From an uncultured Bacteroidales bacterium (lineage in GTDB: Bacteria; Bacteroidota; Bacteroidia; Bacteroidales; FEN-979): 64,000 nt of DNA. The notes beneath the pieces were generated by a model. The model searched no databases and was not told the origin of the DNA. It saw only the letters and a list, made by a program, of their open reading frames with translations. The stretch lies in contig CAVYJI010000003.1 in the NCBI GenBank assembly GCA_963768805.1, forward strand, positions 25,765-89,764. Direction: 5' to 3'. Position numbers and translations under genes: made by a program. Of this stretch, positions 40,129 to 49,656 are shown piece by piece; positions within the stretch are counted from its first letter, which is position 1, and every line of letters starts with the position of its first letter.

Positions 40129-40269
40129 GTATGGTTTGAATGAATTCCGATCTAAGGTCGATCAGGTTTAATCGAAGGAAGTCCATTGGAAGTCAAAAGC
40201 GAGTCAGACATTAAGCTGAACGAGCAAAGTCCATAATGTCTGATGAAAGCAGAAAGTCAGGAATATCAT

Positions 40270-40300
40270 AAAAAAAGCCCCGTCGAACCGGGGCTTTTTT
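40270..40300 (-). terminator. Rho-independent (symmetric) terminator after Asp-box paralog 2
   Basis: A7, then GCCCCG-TCGAAC-CGGGGC, then T6. It is a near-copy of the paralog-1 terminator. Confidence 0.85.
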
Positions 40301-40349
40301 GTGAATGGTGAGGAGTGAAGCGTAAAAGGGCTTCATTCCGAATCCTTTT

Positions 40350-42224
40350 TTACTGTACGATCATTTTCTTGGTTATGGATTTATCACCCTGCTTCACGGT
40401 ATAGAAATAGACACCTGAAGGAAGCTGGCTGGCATCGATCACGAATTGGCTGACACCCGGGAGAACATTGGTTTTCTCCATATTCATCAGTGTTTGACCT
40501 GTGAGGTCGGTCACTTTTAGTGACAGATCGCCCGGATTCTGGAGGTAAGCATTAACCCTGGTAAGGCCATTGACCGGATTCGGGAAGTTTTGTCCAACCG
40601 AGAAGGTGGGTTTTGCATGTTTTTCTGATGTACCGACCCATAGGGGTTTTGCCCATTTAATAACAGTCATGTAGTTATCATCGGGCTGTGTTTGTCCTGA
40701 ATAACCTGATATGTTCAAGCCTTTTACATAAGATCCGCCATAGGCATCGGCCTGGAATAAAATGTAAACAAAGTAGTCATCTGTCATTTTAGCAGCAGAC
40801 GGATACATACATTCAGAAAAATTATACTGGATCCAGTCACCGGTGATATCAACAATTGTATCCTGATGCCACAGGACTGTATCTCCCGAGATAACTCCAT
40901 CCCTGCCAAAGAGGTGGCGCAGGGTATAATTATTCGGGTCAACCAGGGTCGTTGCACCGGCCCAAGAAAGGAATACTTTATTATTATTATCGATCACCAG
41001 TTCAGGGTTAGAGGTCAGGGAAGTATAATAATAAGCGAGGCTTACTCCTGAAGGCAGATAGAATACCATTGTGTCTTTAACCCATGCTACATATTGATGA
41101 TGTTTAAAGAGTGTATCCGGATTCAGACTTTGAACCAGCTGAGGCATATTTTCATTCCAGTAAGCCATACCTTCTGTAAAGGGGCGAAAATAAGCGGCGG
41201 TGTATGTTCCACTATCTTGCTGCAAACCGAAAGCAACATGTGCTATGCCCTGCTGGTCAAGTGCACATGACATAGTCCCATCAGGACAAAAGAAGAAACC
41301 TGTAGAAGTTCCGCCAAGGTCATAAGGGGAATGATAAATAACGGTTTTTGTCCATGTGGTTCCATTGTCTAAAGATTTCATAAGGAACTGATCCATCCAT
41401 GAATCACCTACGGTAAAGGCAATTGTATTACCCATAGGTTCAGCCCATGAATAAATATCGGCGCCAAACTGGCTGTAATCAGATGGACCCATACCTGGCA
41501 ATTGAGTCCAGCTTGACCATGTGGTGCCACCGTCAAGTGAATTGCAATAAAGAATAGCACCGTCCATACCATTGTAAAGCTGACCGCCATTGGCTGTTGG
41601 CTCGGTACAAGCAATGACGTGGATATTGGTGTGGGTTGGACCATTTGTAACTGCCCTGGGCCAAATCATTTCAGTGACGTTAGTTGGCAAAGCGGGTAAG
41701 AGGGATTGAGTCCATGAGCCGGTTCCTTTTGGTGTTCTTATGCTCATCACCAATGGGCCGGAAGCAGCATGGGCAATTATCAATTCTCCGTTTGCGCCAT
41801 ACGGACAATATGAGGGCCAGCCTGTTCTGACTGACTCAACACGTGCCGTTGGTTGCGGGCCCCATGCGGTTCCGTCAAAATAGTTGTAGCCGGTGCCACG
41901 GTCAGACCAGGTAGAACTCTGTGTAGACCATGTGCATGTAGTTCCGATCGTTCCATCAGAGAACAGGTAAATTCTATTTTGATCGGTAACGTTGGTTTGA
42001 AGGTCATACATAGTCACAGAAACCTGCGGGTCAGTCGTGACACTTTTGTTCGAGACAATAGGATTTGATGATTGTTCTCCAACTACAGGAGAGTCAAGGT
42101 TTGTGATCTGGCTTCTGTGGAATGGAGCGACCACACTGGCTTTTTTCTGCATCATTGCATTAAACTGGGCAAACGTGCTGACAGAAAAGCCGAAAGCCAG
42201 TAACAAGAATAGAATCTTTTTCAT
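40350..42224 (-). CDS. Secreted Asp-box protein with T9SS type A C-terminal sorting domain, paralog 2
   Basis: 624 aa and collinear with paralog 1 without indels (both start and stop are offset by exactly 2360 nt). The Asp-boxes are SLDGGTTW and SLDNGTTW. The CTD is nearly identical. Confidence 0.85.
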   Translation of the reverse strand: MKKILFLLLAFGFSVSTFAQFNAMMQKKASVVAPFHRSQITNLDSPVVGEQSSNPIVSNKSVTTDPQVSVTMYDLQTNVTDQNRIYLFSDGTIGTTCTWSTQSSTWSDRGTGYNYFDGTAWGPQPTARVESVRTGWPSYCPYGANGELIIAHAASGPLVMSIRTPKGTGSWTQSLLPALPTNVTEMIWPRAVTNGPTHTNIHVIACTEPTANGGQLYNGMDGAILYCNSLDGGTTWSSWTQLPGMGPSDYSQFGADIYSWAEPMGNTIAFTVGDSWMDQFLMKSLDNGTTWTKTVIYHSPYDLGGTSTGFFFCPDGTMSCALDQQGIAHVAFGLQQDSGTYTAAYFRPFTEGMAYWNENMPQLVQSLNPDTLFKHHQYVAWVKDTMVFYLPSGVSLAYYYTSLTSNPELVIDNNNKVFLSWAGATTLVDPNNYTLRHLFGRDGVISGDTVLWHQDTIVDITGDWIQYNFSECMYPSAAKMTDDYFVYILFQADAYGGSYVKGLNISGYSGQTQPDDNYMTVIKWAKPLWVGTSEKHAKPTFSVGQNFPNPVNGLTRVNAYLQNPGDLSLKVTDLTGQTLMNMEKTNVLPGVSQFVIDASQLPSGVYFYTVKQGDKSITKKMIVQ

Positions 42225-42380
42225 AGAATTAAGTTTTAGAAATGAATTTCATTTTTGATTAGTGTAACAAAATTACAATATTTTTTTTCTTATACAACAA
42301 AGAGATCACTATTTTTTCCTGGTACAATGTTCGTGAGAGGTGAAAAGTGAGAGGTGAGAAGTAAAAAATGCAGTATAAGC

Positions 42381-42412
42381 ATAAAAGAAGCCCCGGATGA
42401 CCAGGGCTTCTT
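42381..42412 (-). terminator. Rho-independent terminator after Asp-box paralog 3
   Basis: On the minus strand this reads GAAGCCC-TGGTCATCCG-GGGCTTC followed by TTTTAT. Confidence 0.7.
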
Positions 42413-42436
42413 AAATTTTTTTTAACAAAAAACCTG

Positions 42437-44320
42437 TTATTGTACGACCATTTTCTTTGTAATAGATTTATCACCCTGCCTGACCGTATAGAAATAAACG
42501 CCCGGCGAAAGCTGGCTGGCATCGATCACGAACTGGCTTACACCAGGCTGAACATTGGATTTCTCCATGGTCATCAGGGTTTGCCCGGTGAGATTGGTTA
42601 CCTTGAGTAATAAATCGCCTGCATTCTGAAGGTAAACATTTACTTTGGTCAGGTCAGTAACCGGGTTCGGGAAGTTCTGTCCGACCGACATGGTGGGTTT
42701 TGCATGTTTTTCATTTACTCCTGCCCATATCGGTTTTAGCCATTTGATCAAAGTTACATGGTTACTATCTCCCGTTGTCTGACCATGCCAGCTTGATTGA
42801 CCAATGCTCTGCACATAAGATCCTGCATATTCATCGGCCTGGAATAAAATATAAACATAGGCATCATCAGTTATGGGTGAAGCAGCCGGGAACATACACT
42901 CAGCAAAATTGTACTGGATCCAGTCGCCGGTAATATCGACCAGGGTATCCTGATGCCATAGCACATTTTGTGACGGGGTGAGGACACCATCCCTGCCGAA
43001 GATATGGCGCATATTGTAGCTGTTCGGGTCAAGTAGTGTTGTAGCGCCGGCCCAGGCGAGGAATACTTTATTATTATTATCAATTACGAGTGTCGGTTTG
43101 GAGGTAAGAGAAGCACCATTCCAATAGGTTATTTCAGTAACAGGCAGGGAAAACAGGCTTGTATCTTTTACCCATCCCACCAGGTTACCTGTTGCAAAGA
43201 GTGAATCAGGGTTAAGGTCTGGCCTGAGCTGAGGTTGGGTTTCATTCCAATAGACGATACCCTGAGCTAAAAGATTGTATGTATAACCGGCATCGGCTGT
43301 TCCACTGTCATAAGCCAATCCGAACACCACGTGTGCCATGCCCTGATTATCAAGTGCAACGGCACTTGACTCATCAGGAGCATAGAAGAAGTGCGGCGAA
43401 GTTCCACCCAAATCATAGGGTGACTGGTAAACGATGGTTCTTGTCCAGGTTGTCCCGTTGTCAATCGATTTTTCAAGAATAAAATCAAAAAAGGGATCTC
43501 CGATGACAAAGGCTAGTGTATCATTTCCGTGAGGTGCAGCAAATGCATAAGTGTCACCTCCAAATCCCCAATAGTTGCTGGAGGTCAGTCCGGTAGGCTG
43601 TATCCAGGAAGACCAGGTGACACCTCCGTCGAGTGAGTGGCAATAGAGAAGTGCGCCATCCAGGCCATTGTATATCGTTCCGCCATTGGCTGTAGGCTCA
43701 GACACGGCGATGATATGAATATACATATGGTTTGGCCCATTTGTTACAGTCCTGGGCCAAAACATTCCAGCGATGCCTGTAGGCAGGGCCGGTAATACAG
43801 TCTGTGTCCAGGTGCCTGTGCCTTTTATGGTGCGGGTATTCATTACCAGCGGGCCGGCTGCTTCATGTGCGATGACGAGTTCGCCGGTAGGGCCCCAGGG
43901 CTGATAATCGGGCCAGCCTGTTCTAATGCTTTCGATACGGGCGGTAGGCTCCGGTCCCCATGCGGTACCATCAAAATAGTTATAGCCAGTTCCGCGGTCG
44001 GTAAAGTTTGTCTGCTGAACAGACCAGGTACAGGCGGTTCCGATAAATCCGTCCCCGTAAAGGTAACACCTGGTTTGAATTGCGCCGTTGGTTTGAAGGT
44101 CATAAACGGTTGTTGCAGGAATAGGGTCAGTCAGGATACTTTTGTTCGGCAGGATGCCGTTGGGTGGCTGTTCTCCGGGAACAGGCAGGTCTATGTTATT
44201 CATGGCAGGCCCGCTCACCGTAGCGACAGCTTTAGGATTTCTCTTTACGAAAGTATCGAATTGTGCAAATGTACTCACGGCAAAACCGAGAGCCAGCACC
44301 AGGCATAAAAATTTTTTCAT
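42437..44320 (-). CDS. Secreted Asp-box protein with T9SS type A C-terminal sorting domain, paralog 3 (more divergent)
   Basis: 627-629 aa (start MKKFLCLVLALGFAVSTFAQ at 44320, or two codons earlier at 44326). The Asp-boxes are SLDGGVTW and SIDNGTTW. The CTD is MSVGQNFPNPVTDLTKVNVY...GVYFYTVRQGDKSITKKMVVQ. Confidence 0.85.
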   Translation of the reverse strand: MKKFLCLVLALGFAVSTFAQFDTFVKRNPKAVATVSGPAMNNIDLPVPGEQPPNGILPNKSILTDPIPATTVYDLQTNGAIQTRCYLYGDGFIGTACTWSVQQTNFTDRGTGYNYFDGTAWGPEPTARIESIRTGWPDYQPWGPTGELVIAHEAAGPLVMNTRTIKGTGTWTQTVLPALPTGIAGMFWPRTVTNGPNHMYIHIIAVSEPTANGGTIYNGLDGALLYCHSLDGGVTWSSWIQPTGLTSSNYWGFGGDTYAFAAPHGNDTLAFVIGDPFFDFILEKSIDNGTTWTRTIVYQSPYDLGGTSPHFFYAPDESSAVALDNQGMAHVVFGLAYDSGTADAGYTYNLLAQGIVYWNETQPQLRPDLNPDSLFATGNLVGWVKDTSLFSLPVTEITYWNGASLTSKPTLVIDNNNKVFLAWAGATTLLDPNSYNMRHIFGRDGVLTPSQNVLWHQDTLVDITGDWIQYNFAECMFPAASPITDDAYVYILFQADEYAGSYVQSIGQSSWHGQTTGDSNHVTLIKWLKPIWAGVNEKHAKPTMSVGQNFPNPVTDLTKVNVYLQNAGDLLLKVTNLTGQTLMTMEKSNVQPGVSQFVIDASQLSPGVYFYTVRQGDKSITKKMVVQ

Positions 44321-44364
44321 ACTCATTTTGAATTAGGGTTCAACAAAATGTTAAATTAATGGAA

Positions 44365-44372
44365 CAAATATA
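44365..44372 (-). promoter_or_regulatory. '-7' box TATATTTG (minus strand) upstream of paralog 3
   Basis: Plus-strand CAAATATA is TATATTTG on the minus strand, about 40 nt before the start codon. Confidence 0.4.
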
Positions 44373-44421
44373 AGACAAAAAACGAACAGATATTAGTATT
44401 TTATTAAAAAAATCAAGGTTT

Positions 44422-45633
44422 TCAGAGATTTTCAGGGTTACTATTTTTTCTGATAATTTTTTCTTTCGTATCCAGGGGAATGATGGCTGAACGTTGTTCA
44501 AATGCCTGATCTGTAAATAATTTGCGGTAAGTGATATGACGCTTTGCAAAGACTGCGCCGACTGATTCATGGAGGGCCCGCATCTTGGGGTTAAAATCTC
44601 CGACCCATGAGAGTTCCACTTCAGTGTAGTGCGGTTTTCTTTTCATGACCTCATTCAGGTGCCAGAAGATACCCGACTCAAATCCACTGCGCTGGTATTC
44701 CGGTTTGACGCCCATGATAACGATCCTGGCCCGTGTCATGGTATTACGGCTTTTCATATAAAGGAACCTTATCTTGTTCCACAGGTTCAGTCTGCCATTA
44801 AAATGGCTGGTTATCTGGTTGACATCCGGGAACATGATCAGGAATGCTGCAGGCTCTTCATTGTGGTAAGCAAACCAGATCATTTCTTCATCGAGAAAGG
44901 ACCGTGATTTTTCCAGGGTTTTGCGGAGGAGTTTTTCTTCCATCGGCGTAAAATTTTCATGAAAAGCCCAGGCAGCGTCATAAATATTCTTGAGGTCAGC
45001 GATGAATTTTGATGCTTCATTATAATTAAAATGCCGAAAATGGTATTCAGGCTTGCCCCTCACCCGGTCGGCAATCTTCCAGAACCTTTCGGGAAAAGGT
45101 TTTGTCAGATCGAGGTGATTTGAAACCTGTTCAAAATAAAATTTAAAGCCGTATGATTCGAACAGGGGACGATAATACGGGGGATTGTAATTCATTCCAA
45201 TTCCGGGAGGAATGAATCCTTCCACAAGCAACCCCCAGTTAACATCATTTTCCCCGAAATTTATCGGTCCGTCCATGGCCTGCATGCCTCTTTCTTTCAG
45301 CCAGTCGCGGCAGGTATCAAAGAGCAGGCAGGCAGCATCATAATTGTCGATGCATTCAAAAAAACCCATTCCTCCGGTAGGTTGCTGAAAGGTATAGGCT
45401 TTATTCTTATTTATGAAAGCAGCGACTCTTCCGGTCAGATCTCCTTTTTCATCTTTAAGTATCCATCGTACAGCTTCACCGTGTTTAAAAAAGCTGTTCT
45501 CTTCAGGATTAAAAACAGATTCGGTCTCAGAGTCAAGGGGGCAACTCCAGGCAGGATCATTTTTATAGATGATCTTCGGTACTTTTAAGAACTCCCGGAT
45601 TGTTTTCCTGTCTTTTACTTCAATGATCCGCAT
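44422..45633 (-). CDS. Conserved hypothetical protein (GNAT-like acyltransferase fold suspected)
   Basis: The preferred ATG at 45633 gives MRIIEVKDRKTIREFLKVPKIIYKNDPAWSCPLDSE. The layout resembles a Bacteroidota family often labelled N-acetyltransferase, but I cannot verify the fold from sequence alone. Confidence 0.5.
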   Translation of the reverse strand: MRIIEVKDRKTIREFLKVPKIIYKNDPAWSCPLDSETESVFNPEENSFFKHGEAVRWILKDEKGDLTGRVAAFINKNKAYTFQQPTGGMGFFECIDNYDAACLLFDTCRDWLKERGMQAMDGPINFGENDVNWGLLVEGFIPPGIGMNYNPPYYRPLFESYGFKFYFEQVSNHLDLTKPFPERFWKIADRVRGKPEYHFRHFNYNEASKFIADLKNIYDAAWAFHENFTPMEEKLLRKTLEKSRSFLDEEMIWFAYHNEEPAAFLIMFPDVNQITSHFNGRLNLWNKIRFLYMKSRNTMTRARIVIMGVKPEYQRSGFESGIFWHLNEVMKRKPHYTEVELSWVGDFNPKMRALHESVGAVFAKRHITYRKLFTDQAFEQRSAIIPLDTKEKIIRKNSNPENL

Positions 45634-45732
45634 GGTATTAATCAGGTTAACATGACTCAATGGCATCTGCCTGGTGAATGATTATCTTCCCTACAAAAAT
45701 ACATTATTTCACAGAGCGTTGAAAAGAATCGC

Positions 45733-45740
45733 TATTTTTG
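45733..45740 (+). promoter_or_regulatory. '-7' box TATTTTTG upstream of the LptF/G-family gene
   Basis: Exact TAnnTTTG match, 19 nt before the ATG at 45760. Confidence 0.45.
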
Positions 45741-45759
45741 TGAGGTCATCAGAAGATCC

Positions 45760-47196
45760 ATGAAAAAGCTTGACTGGTTCATCCTTAAATCCTACCTCGG
45801 GCCACTGGTGATGACTTTTTTCATTGCGGTCTTTATCCTCCTGCTGCAGTTCCTGTGGAAATACATCGATGATCTTGTAGGTAAAGGACTGGAATGGTAT
45901 ATCATAGCTAAGCTACTATTCTTTGCCTCCTCCACTTTTGTCCCCTATGCCCTGCCACTTGCGATCCTATTATCATCACTGATGATGTTCGGGAACCTGG
46001 GTGAACATTATGAGCTGGTTGCTATGAAATCGGCAGGTATCTCGCTGAACCGGATCATGCGGCCGCTGATCATTGTTTCGATCCTGATCAGCCTGCTGGG
46101 TTTTTACTTTTCCAATGTCGTTTTGCCCACTGCCAACCTGAAATTCCTTTCCCTTTTATTTGATATCCGCGAAAAAAAACTCGCTTTCAACATCAAGGAA
46201 GGAGTATTTTATAATGGTATCGACGGTTATGTTATTCTGGTAGGGAAAAAGGACCCGGATGGCAATACCATCCGGGATGTCATGATCTACGACCATACAC
46301 AGCATATGGGAGATATATCATTGACCATTGCAAAATGGGGGAAGATGGAGCTTACACCCGATAAGCGATTTCTTATATTCAGGTTATATGATGGATCAAA
46401 TTACGAAGAACGCGTCGATCTCAGGGACGCAAACATAACTCATCCCTTCCAGCGGACAAAATTCAGTGAACAGTTCCAGCAGTTCGATCTTTCCACGTTC
46501 CAGCTGACCCGGACGGATGAGAAGCTCTTTAAAAGCAATTATGAAATGCTGAATACTGCCCAGTTGAAGAAATCCATCGATTCGATCCATAAGGAGGACC
46601 TTGAGCAGCAGAAAAACTTTAGCAAGATGTCCATCCATAACTATTATTACCTGTCTGCCGACACAATAAAAAAGCCTGTCAAGCCATTAGCCGTCAGCAC
46701 GCCGATCAAAGATCTGTTTGCCGGTATATCTCCCGGCGACCGGAAAAGGATCATAGAGTCAGCCAAGGGTGCCGCATTCAATGTCAGCGATAACCTGAGG
46801 GTGAATGCAGAAAATTTTTATCAGAAAGAAAAAAACCTTCATCGTTACGAGGTAGCCCTTCAAAAGAAATTCACATTCTCAATTGCCTGTTTTCTTCTCT
46901 TTTTTATAGGAGCACCGCTTGGGGCCATCATCAGGAAAGGAGGGCTCGGCCTTCCTGCAGTCATTTCGACCATTTTCTTTATTCTCTTCTGGATCCTTTC
47001 CATCACAGGGGAAAAATATGCCATTGAAGGAGTTCTTCCTGCTTACCAGGGAATGTGGATCGCGCCGCTGGTTCTTTTGCCGATAGGGATCTTTCTGACT
47101 TACAAGGCAACCATTGATGCCTCTTTGCTTGATGTAGATGCGTGGGTAAAGTTCTTTATGAATCTGAAGACGCTGTTAAAAAAGAAAGATGGATGA
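45760..47196 (+). CDS. LptF/LptG (YjgP/YjgQ) family LPS export permease
   Basis: 478 aa. The N-terminus MKKLDWFILKSYLGPLVMTFFIAVFILLLQFLW is typical. It has a large periplasmic loop and three C-terminal TM helices. Confidence 0.85.
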   Translation: MKKLDWFILKSYLGPLVMTFFIAVFILLLQFLWKYIDDLVGKGLEWYIIAKLLFFASSTFVPYALPLAILLSSLMMFGNLGEHYELVAMKSAGISLNRIMRPLIIVSILISLLGFYFSNVVLPTANLKFLSLLFDIREKKLAFNIKEGVFYNGIDGYVILVGKKDPDGNTIRDVMIYDHTQHMGDISLTIAKWGKMELTPDKRFLIFRLYDGSNYEERVDLRDANITHPFQRTKFSEQFQQFDLSTFQLTRTDEKLFKSNYEMLNTAQLKKSIDSIHKEDLEQQKNFSKMSIHNYYYLSADTIKKPVKPLAVSTPIKDLFAGISPGDRKRIIESAKGAAFNVSDNLRVNAENFYQKEKNLHRYEVALQKKFTFSIACFLLFFIGAPLGAIIRKGGLGLPAVISTIFFILFWILSITGEKYAIEGVLPAYQGMWIAPLVLLPIGIFLTYKATIDASLLDVDAWVKFFMNLKTLLKKKDG

Positions 47197-48413
47197 AGAT
47201 CCTCCTGCTTTGTAATAAATCTCCCTGGCCACCGGCGGAAGGCGGGCCGATCGCGATGAACATGATCATTGAAGGACTCCTACGGGCCGGGCATAGCGTA
47301 AAAGTGCTTGCCATCAACTCCAATAAATATAATGTAGATATTTCCTCAATTCCGGAGGAATACCGGGAAAAAACGGGTATCGAACTGGTCTATGTCGATC
47401 TGAGCATTCGACCGTTTGCCGCTTTCTGTAACCTTTTTTCAAGCCGTTCTTATCATGTAGAACGCTTCGTCTCGAAAGACATGGAGAATGCCCTGATCAG
47501 GATCCTGCAGTCTGAAAAGTTCGATATCGTCCAGTTCGAATTGCTTTATATGAGCCCTTATGCACGTGTTGTGAGGAAATATTCAGATGCCAGGATCGTC
47601 CTTCGCACACATAATATTGAGCACCTCATCTGGCAGCGGGTTGCTGAGAGCACGAAAAACCCGCTGAAGCGATTGTACCTTAAAAACCTGGTAAGGAAGC
47701 TTAAGAACTATGAATGTTCTGTGATCCGGCAGTATGATGGCATTGCTGCGATAACTGACCAGGATGCGGCATTCTTTCGCTCTGCAAATTGTCTTCAGCC
47801 TGAGGATCTAAGCCGGATCCCAGTCATCACTATCCCGTTTGGCATTGACCCGGGGCAGTATCCTTTGACGAATGAAGAACCTGATTTCCCATCACTCTTC
47901 TCGATAGGTGCTATGGACTGGATCCCTAACCTTGAAGGCATTTGCTGGTTCCTGGAAAAGGTCTGGCCGGAGGTCCACCGGAAGTATCCCGGGTTGCATT
48001 ATTATCTCGGCGGACGTCACATGCCAGCATGGTTCAGGAAACGAAAATACGATAATGCAGAGATCATCGGAGAAGTAAATAATGCCATTGCATTTATGCG
48101 CTCAAAGGCTATCCTGATCGTTCCTGTTTTCTCAGGAAGCGGGATCAGGATCAAGATAATTGAAGGAATGGCCACGGTCAAAGCGATTATATCGACTACA
48201 GTCGGAGCTGAAGGCATCCGATATACACAAGGACACGATATCTTCATCGCCGACACGCCGCGTGAATTCATGGATTGTATTTCGACCTGCGTTGAAAATA
48301 AAGACCTGTGTAAAACCGTTGGCAGGAATGCCAGGGATCTTATACTGAGAGAGTATGACCGTGATCTGATCATTTCAAAACTCACAGGGTTTTATCAAAA
48401 AATCAGTAAATGA
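47193..48413 (+). CDS. Glycosyltransferase, GT4-like (GT-B fold)
   Basis: The preferred ATG at 47193 gives MKILLLCNKSPWPPAEGGPIAMN. Its ATG overlaps the LptF/G stop (ATGA). The C-terminal nucleotide-sugar domain has an EG motif (KIIEGMA). Confidence 0.82.
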   Translation: MKILLLCNKSPWPPAEGGPIAMNMIIEGLLRAGHSVKVLAINSNKYNVDISSIPEEYREKTGIELVYVDLSIRPFAAFCNLFSSRSYHVERFVSKDMENALIRILQSEKFDIVQFELLYMSPYARVVRKYSDARIVLRTHNIEHLIWQRVAESTKNPLKRLYLKNLVRKLKNYECSVIRQYDGIAAITDQDAAFFRSANCLQPEDLSRIPVITIPFGIDPGQYPLTNEEPDFPSLFSIGAMDWIPNLEGICWFLEKVWPEVHRKYPGLHYYLGGRHMPAWFRKRKYDNAEIIGEVNNAIAFMRSKAILIVPVFSGSGIRIKIIEGMATVKAIISTTVGAEGIRYTQGHDIFIADTPREFMDCISTCVENKDLCKTVGRNARDLILREYDRDLIISKLTGFYQKISK

Positions 48414-48426
48414 TTCGGGATTTAAT

Positions 48427-48434
48427 TATTTTTG
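48427..48434 (+). promoter_or_regulatory. '-7' box TATTTTTG upstream of the second glycosyltransferase
   Basis: Exact TAnnTTTG match, 18 nt before the ATG at 48453. Confidence 0.4.
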
Positions 48435-48452
48435 CCCATCCAAGTCTGCTTC

Positions 48453-49616
48453 ATGAAACTGTTCATTTTACTTCCCCGCGTACCCTATCCTACTGAAAAA
48501 GGAGATAAACTCCGGGCATTTAACCAGCTAAAGCAATTGTCAGGGAAGCATGAGATCATTCTCTGCGCGCTTAACGATACCTACCTTCATGAAGATGCTG
48601 AAATGGTACTTTCCAAGTATGCAAAGAATGTTTATATTATTGATATATCCAAAGCATCGATCTATCTACACCTCTTACTGACTTTATTTTCATCCAAACC
48701 TTTGCAGGTTGGCTATTTTTATAACAAAAGAATTGACCGGATCATCCGTTCCCTGATCGAAAAGCATCAACCTGATCATATATTTTGCCAGCTCATCAGG
48801 GTTGCCGAATATGTGAAGGGTATCCCAATCCCGAAAACCCTGGATTACCAGGATGTCTTTTCAAAGAATGTGGAACGCCGCATGTCAAATGCACCTTTTT
48901 ATATGAGGCCATTCCTGAAAATGGAATACCTGCGACTGCTCAATTACGAACATGATATTTTTGGAAAATTTGACAACAAGATCATTATTTCCATACCCGA
49001 CCGTGACCTGATCCCTCATCCCGACAGGGAAAAGATCGTAGTGGTCAGGAACGGCGTTGACACTACGTTCTTCCTGCCATTGGACAGGGAAAAAGAATTC
49101 GACCTGGTGTTTACAGGTAATATGGGCTATCCCCCCAATATTAATGCAGCCGAATTCCTGGCGCAGAAGATCCTTCCCGTTATCCTCCCGCATAAGCCCG
49201 AAATAAGGATCCTTATTGCCGGCGCCAATCCTAACCTGCGCGTTTCAGTACTTAAATCTGAAAATATCGAAGTCAGCGGATGGGTCCCGGATATGCGGGA
49301 ATGCTATGCCAGGGCAAAGATATTCATTGCACCTATGCAGATCGGAACAGGGCTGCAGAACAAGTTACTGGAAGCCATGGCCATGCAGATCCCCTGCATC
49401 ACTTCTCCTCTTGCCAACCAGGCGCTCCTGGCAAAAGAAAATGAAGAGATCCTTATTGCAGATACTGCAGAAGCCTATGCCAATCACATTCTTTTCCTGC
49501 TTGACAACCCGGAAAAAGCAGGTCATATCGCTAAAGCAGGATATGAATATGTCTTAAAGAACTTTACTTGGGAAGCAGAGACAGATAAAATTGAAAAATT
49601 GCTGAATCCCGGCTGA
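48453..49616 (+). CDS. Glycosyltransferase, GT4-like (GT-B fold)
   Basis: The preferred ATG at 48453 gives MKLFILLPRVPYPTEKGDKLRAF. The C-terminal region has GTGLQNKLLEAMAMQIPCI (E-x7-E-like region). Confidence 0.82.
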   Translation: MKLFILLPRVPYPTEKGDKLRAFNQLKQLSGKHEIILCALNDTYLHEDAEMVLSKYAKNVYIIDISKASIYLHLLLTLFSSKPLQVGYFYNKRIDRIIRSLIEKHQPDHIFCQLIRVAEYVKGIPIPKTLDYQDVFSKNVERRMSNAPFYMRPFLKMEYLRLLNYEHDIFGKFDNKIIISIPDRDLIPHPDREKIVVVRNGVDTTFFLPLDREKEFDLVFTGNMGYPPNINAAEFLAQKILPVILPHKPEIRILIAGANPNLRVSVLKSENIEVSGWVPDMRECYARAKIFIAPMQIGTGLQNKLLEAMAMQIPCITSPLANQALLAKENEEILIADTAEAYANHILFLLDNPEKAGHIAKAGYEYVLKNFTWEAETDKIEKLLNPG

Positions 49617-49656
49617 TCCTGAGTTGACACTTTCATTCCACATTTGATAATTGACG

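Noticed and set aside
42259-42522. 87-aa minus-strand ORF overlapping the 3' end of paralog 3 and its terminator
   Set aside because: It is out of frame with, and overlaps, the conserved T9SS sorting-domain codons, and it runs through the terminator hairpin and the heptamer tract.
37990-44326. A diversity-generating retroelement (template/variable repeat) explanation for the three paralogs
   Set aside because: There is no reverse transcriptase gene in the window and no short template repeat. The differences between paralogs are spread along the genes rather than confined to adenine-specific substitutions in a C-terminal variable region.
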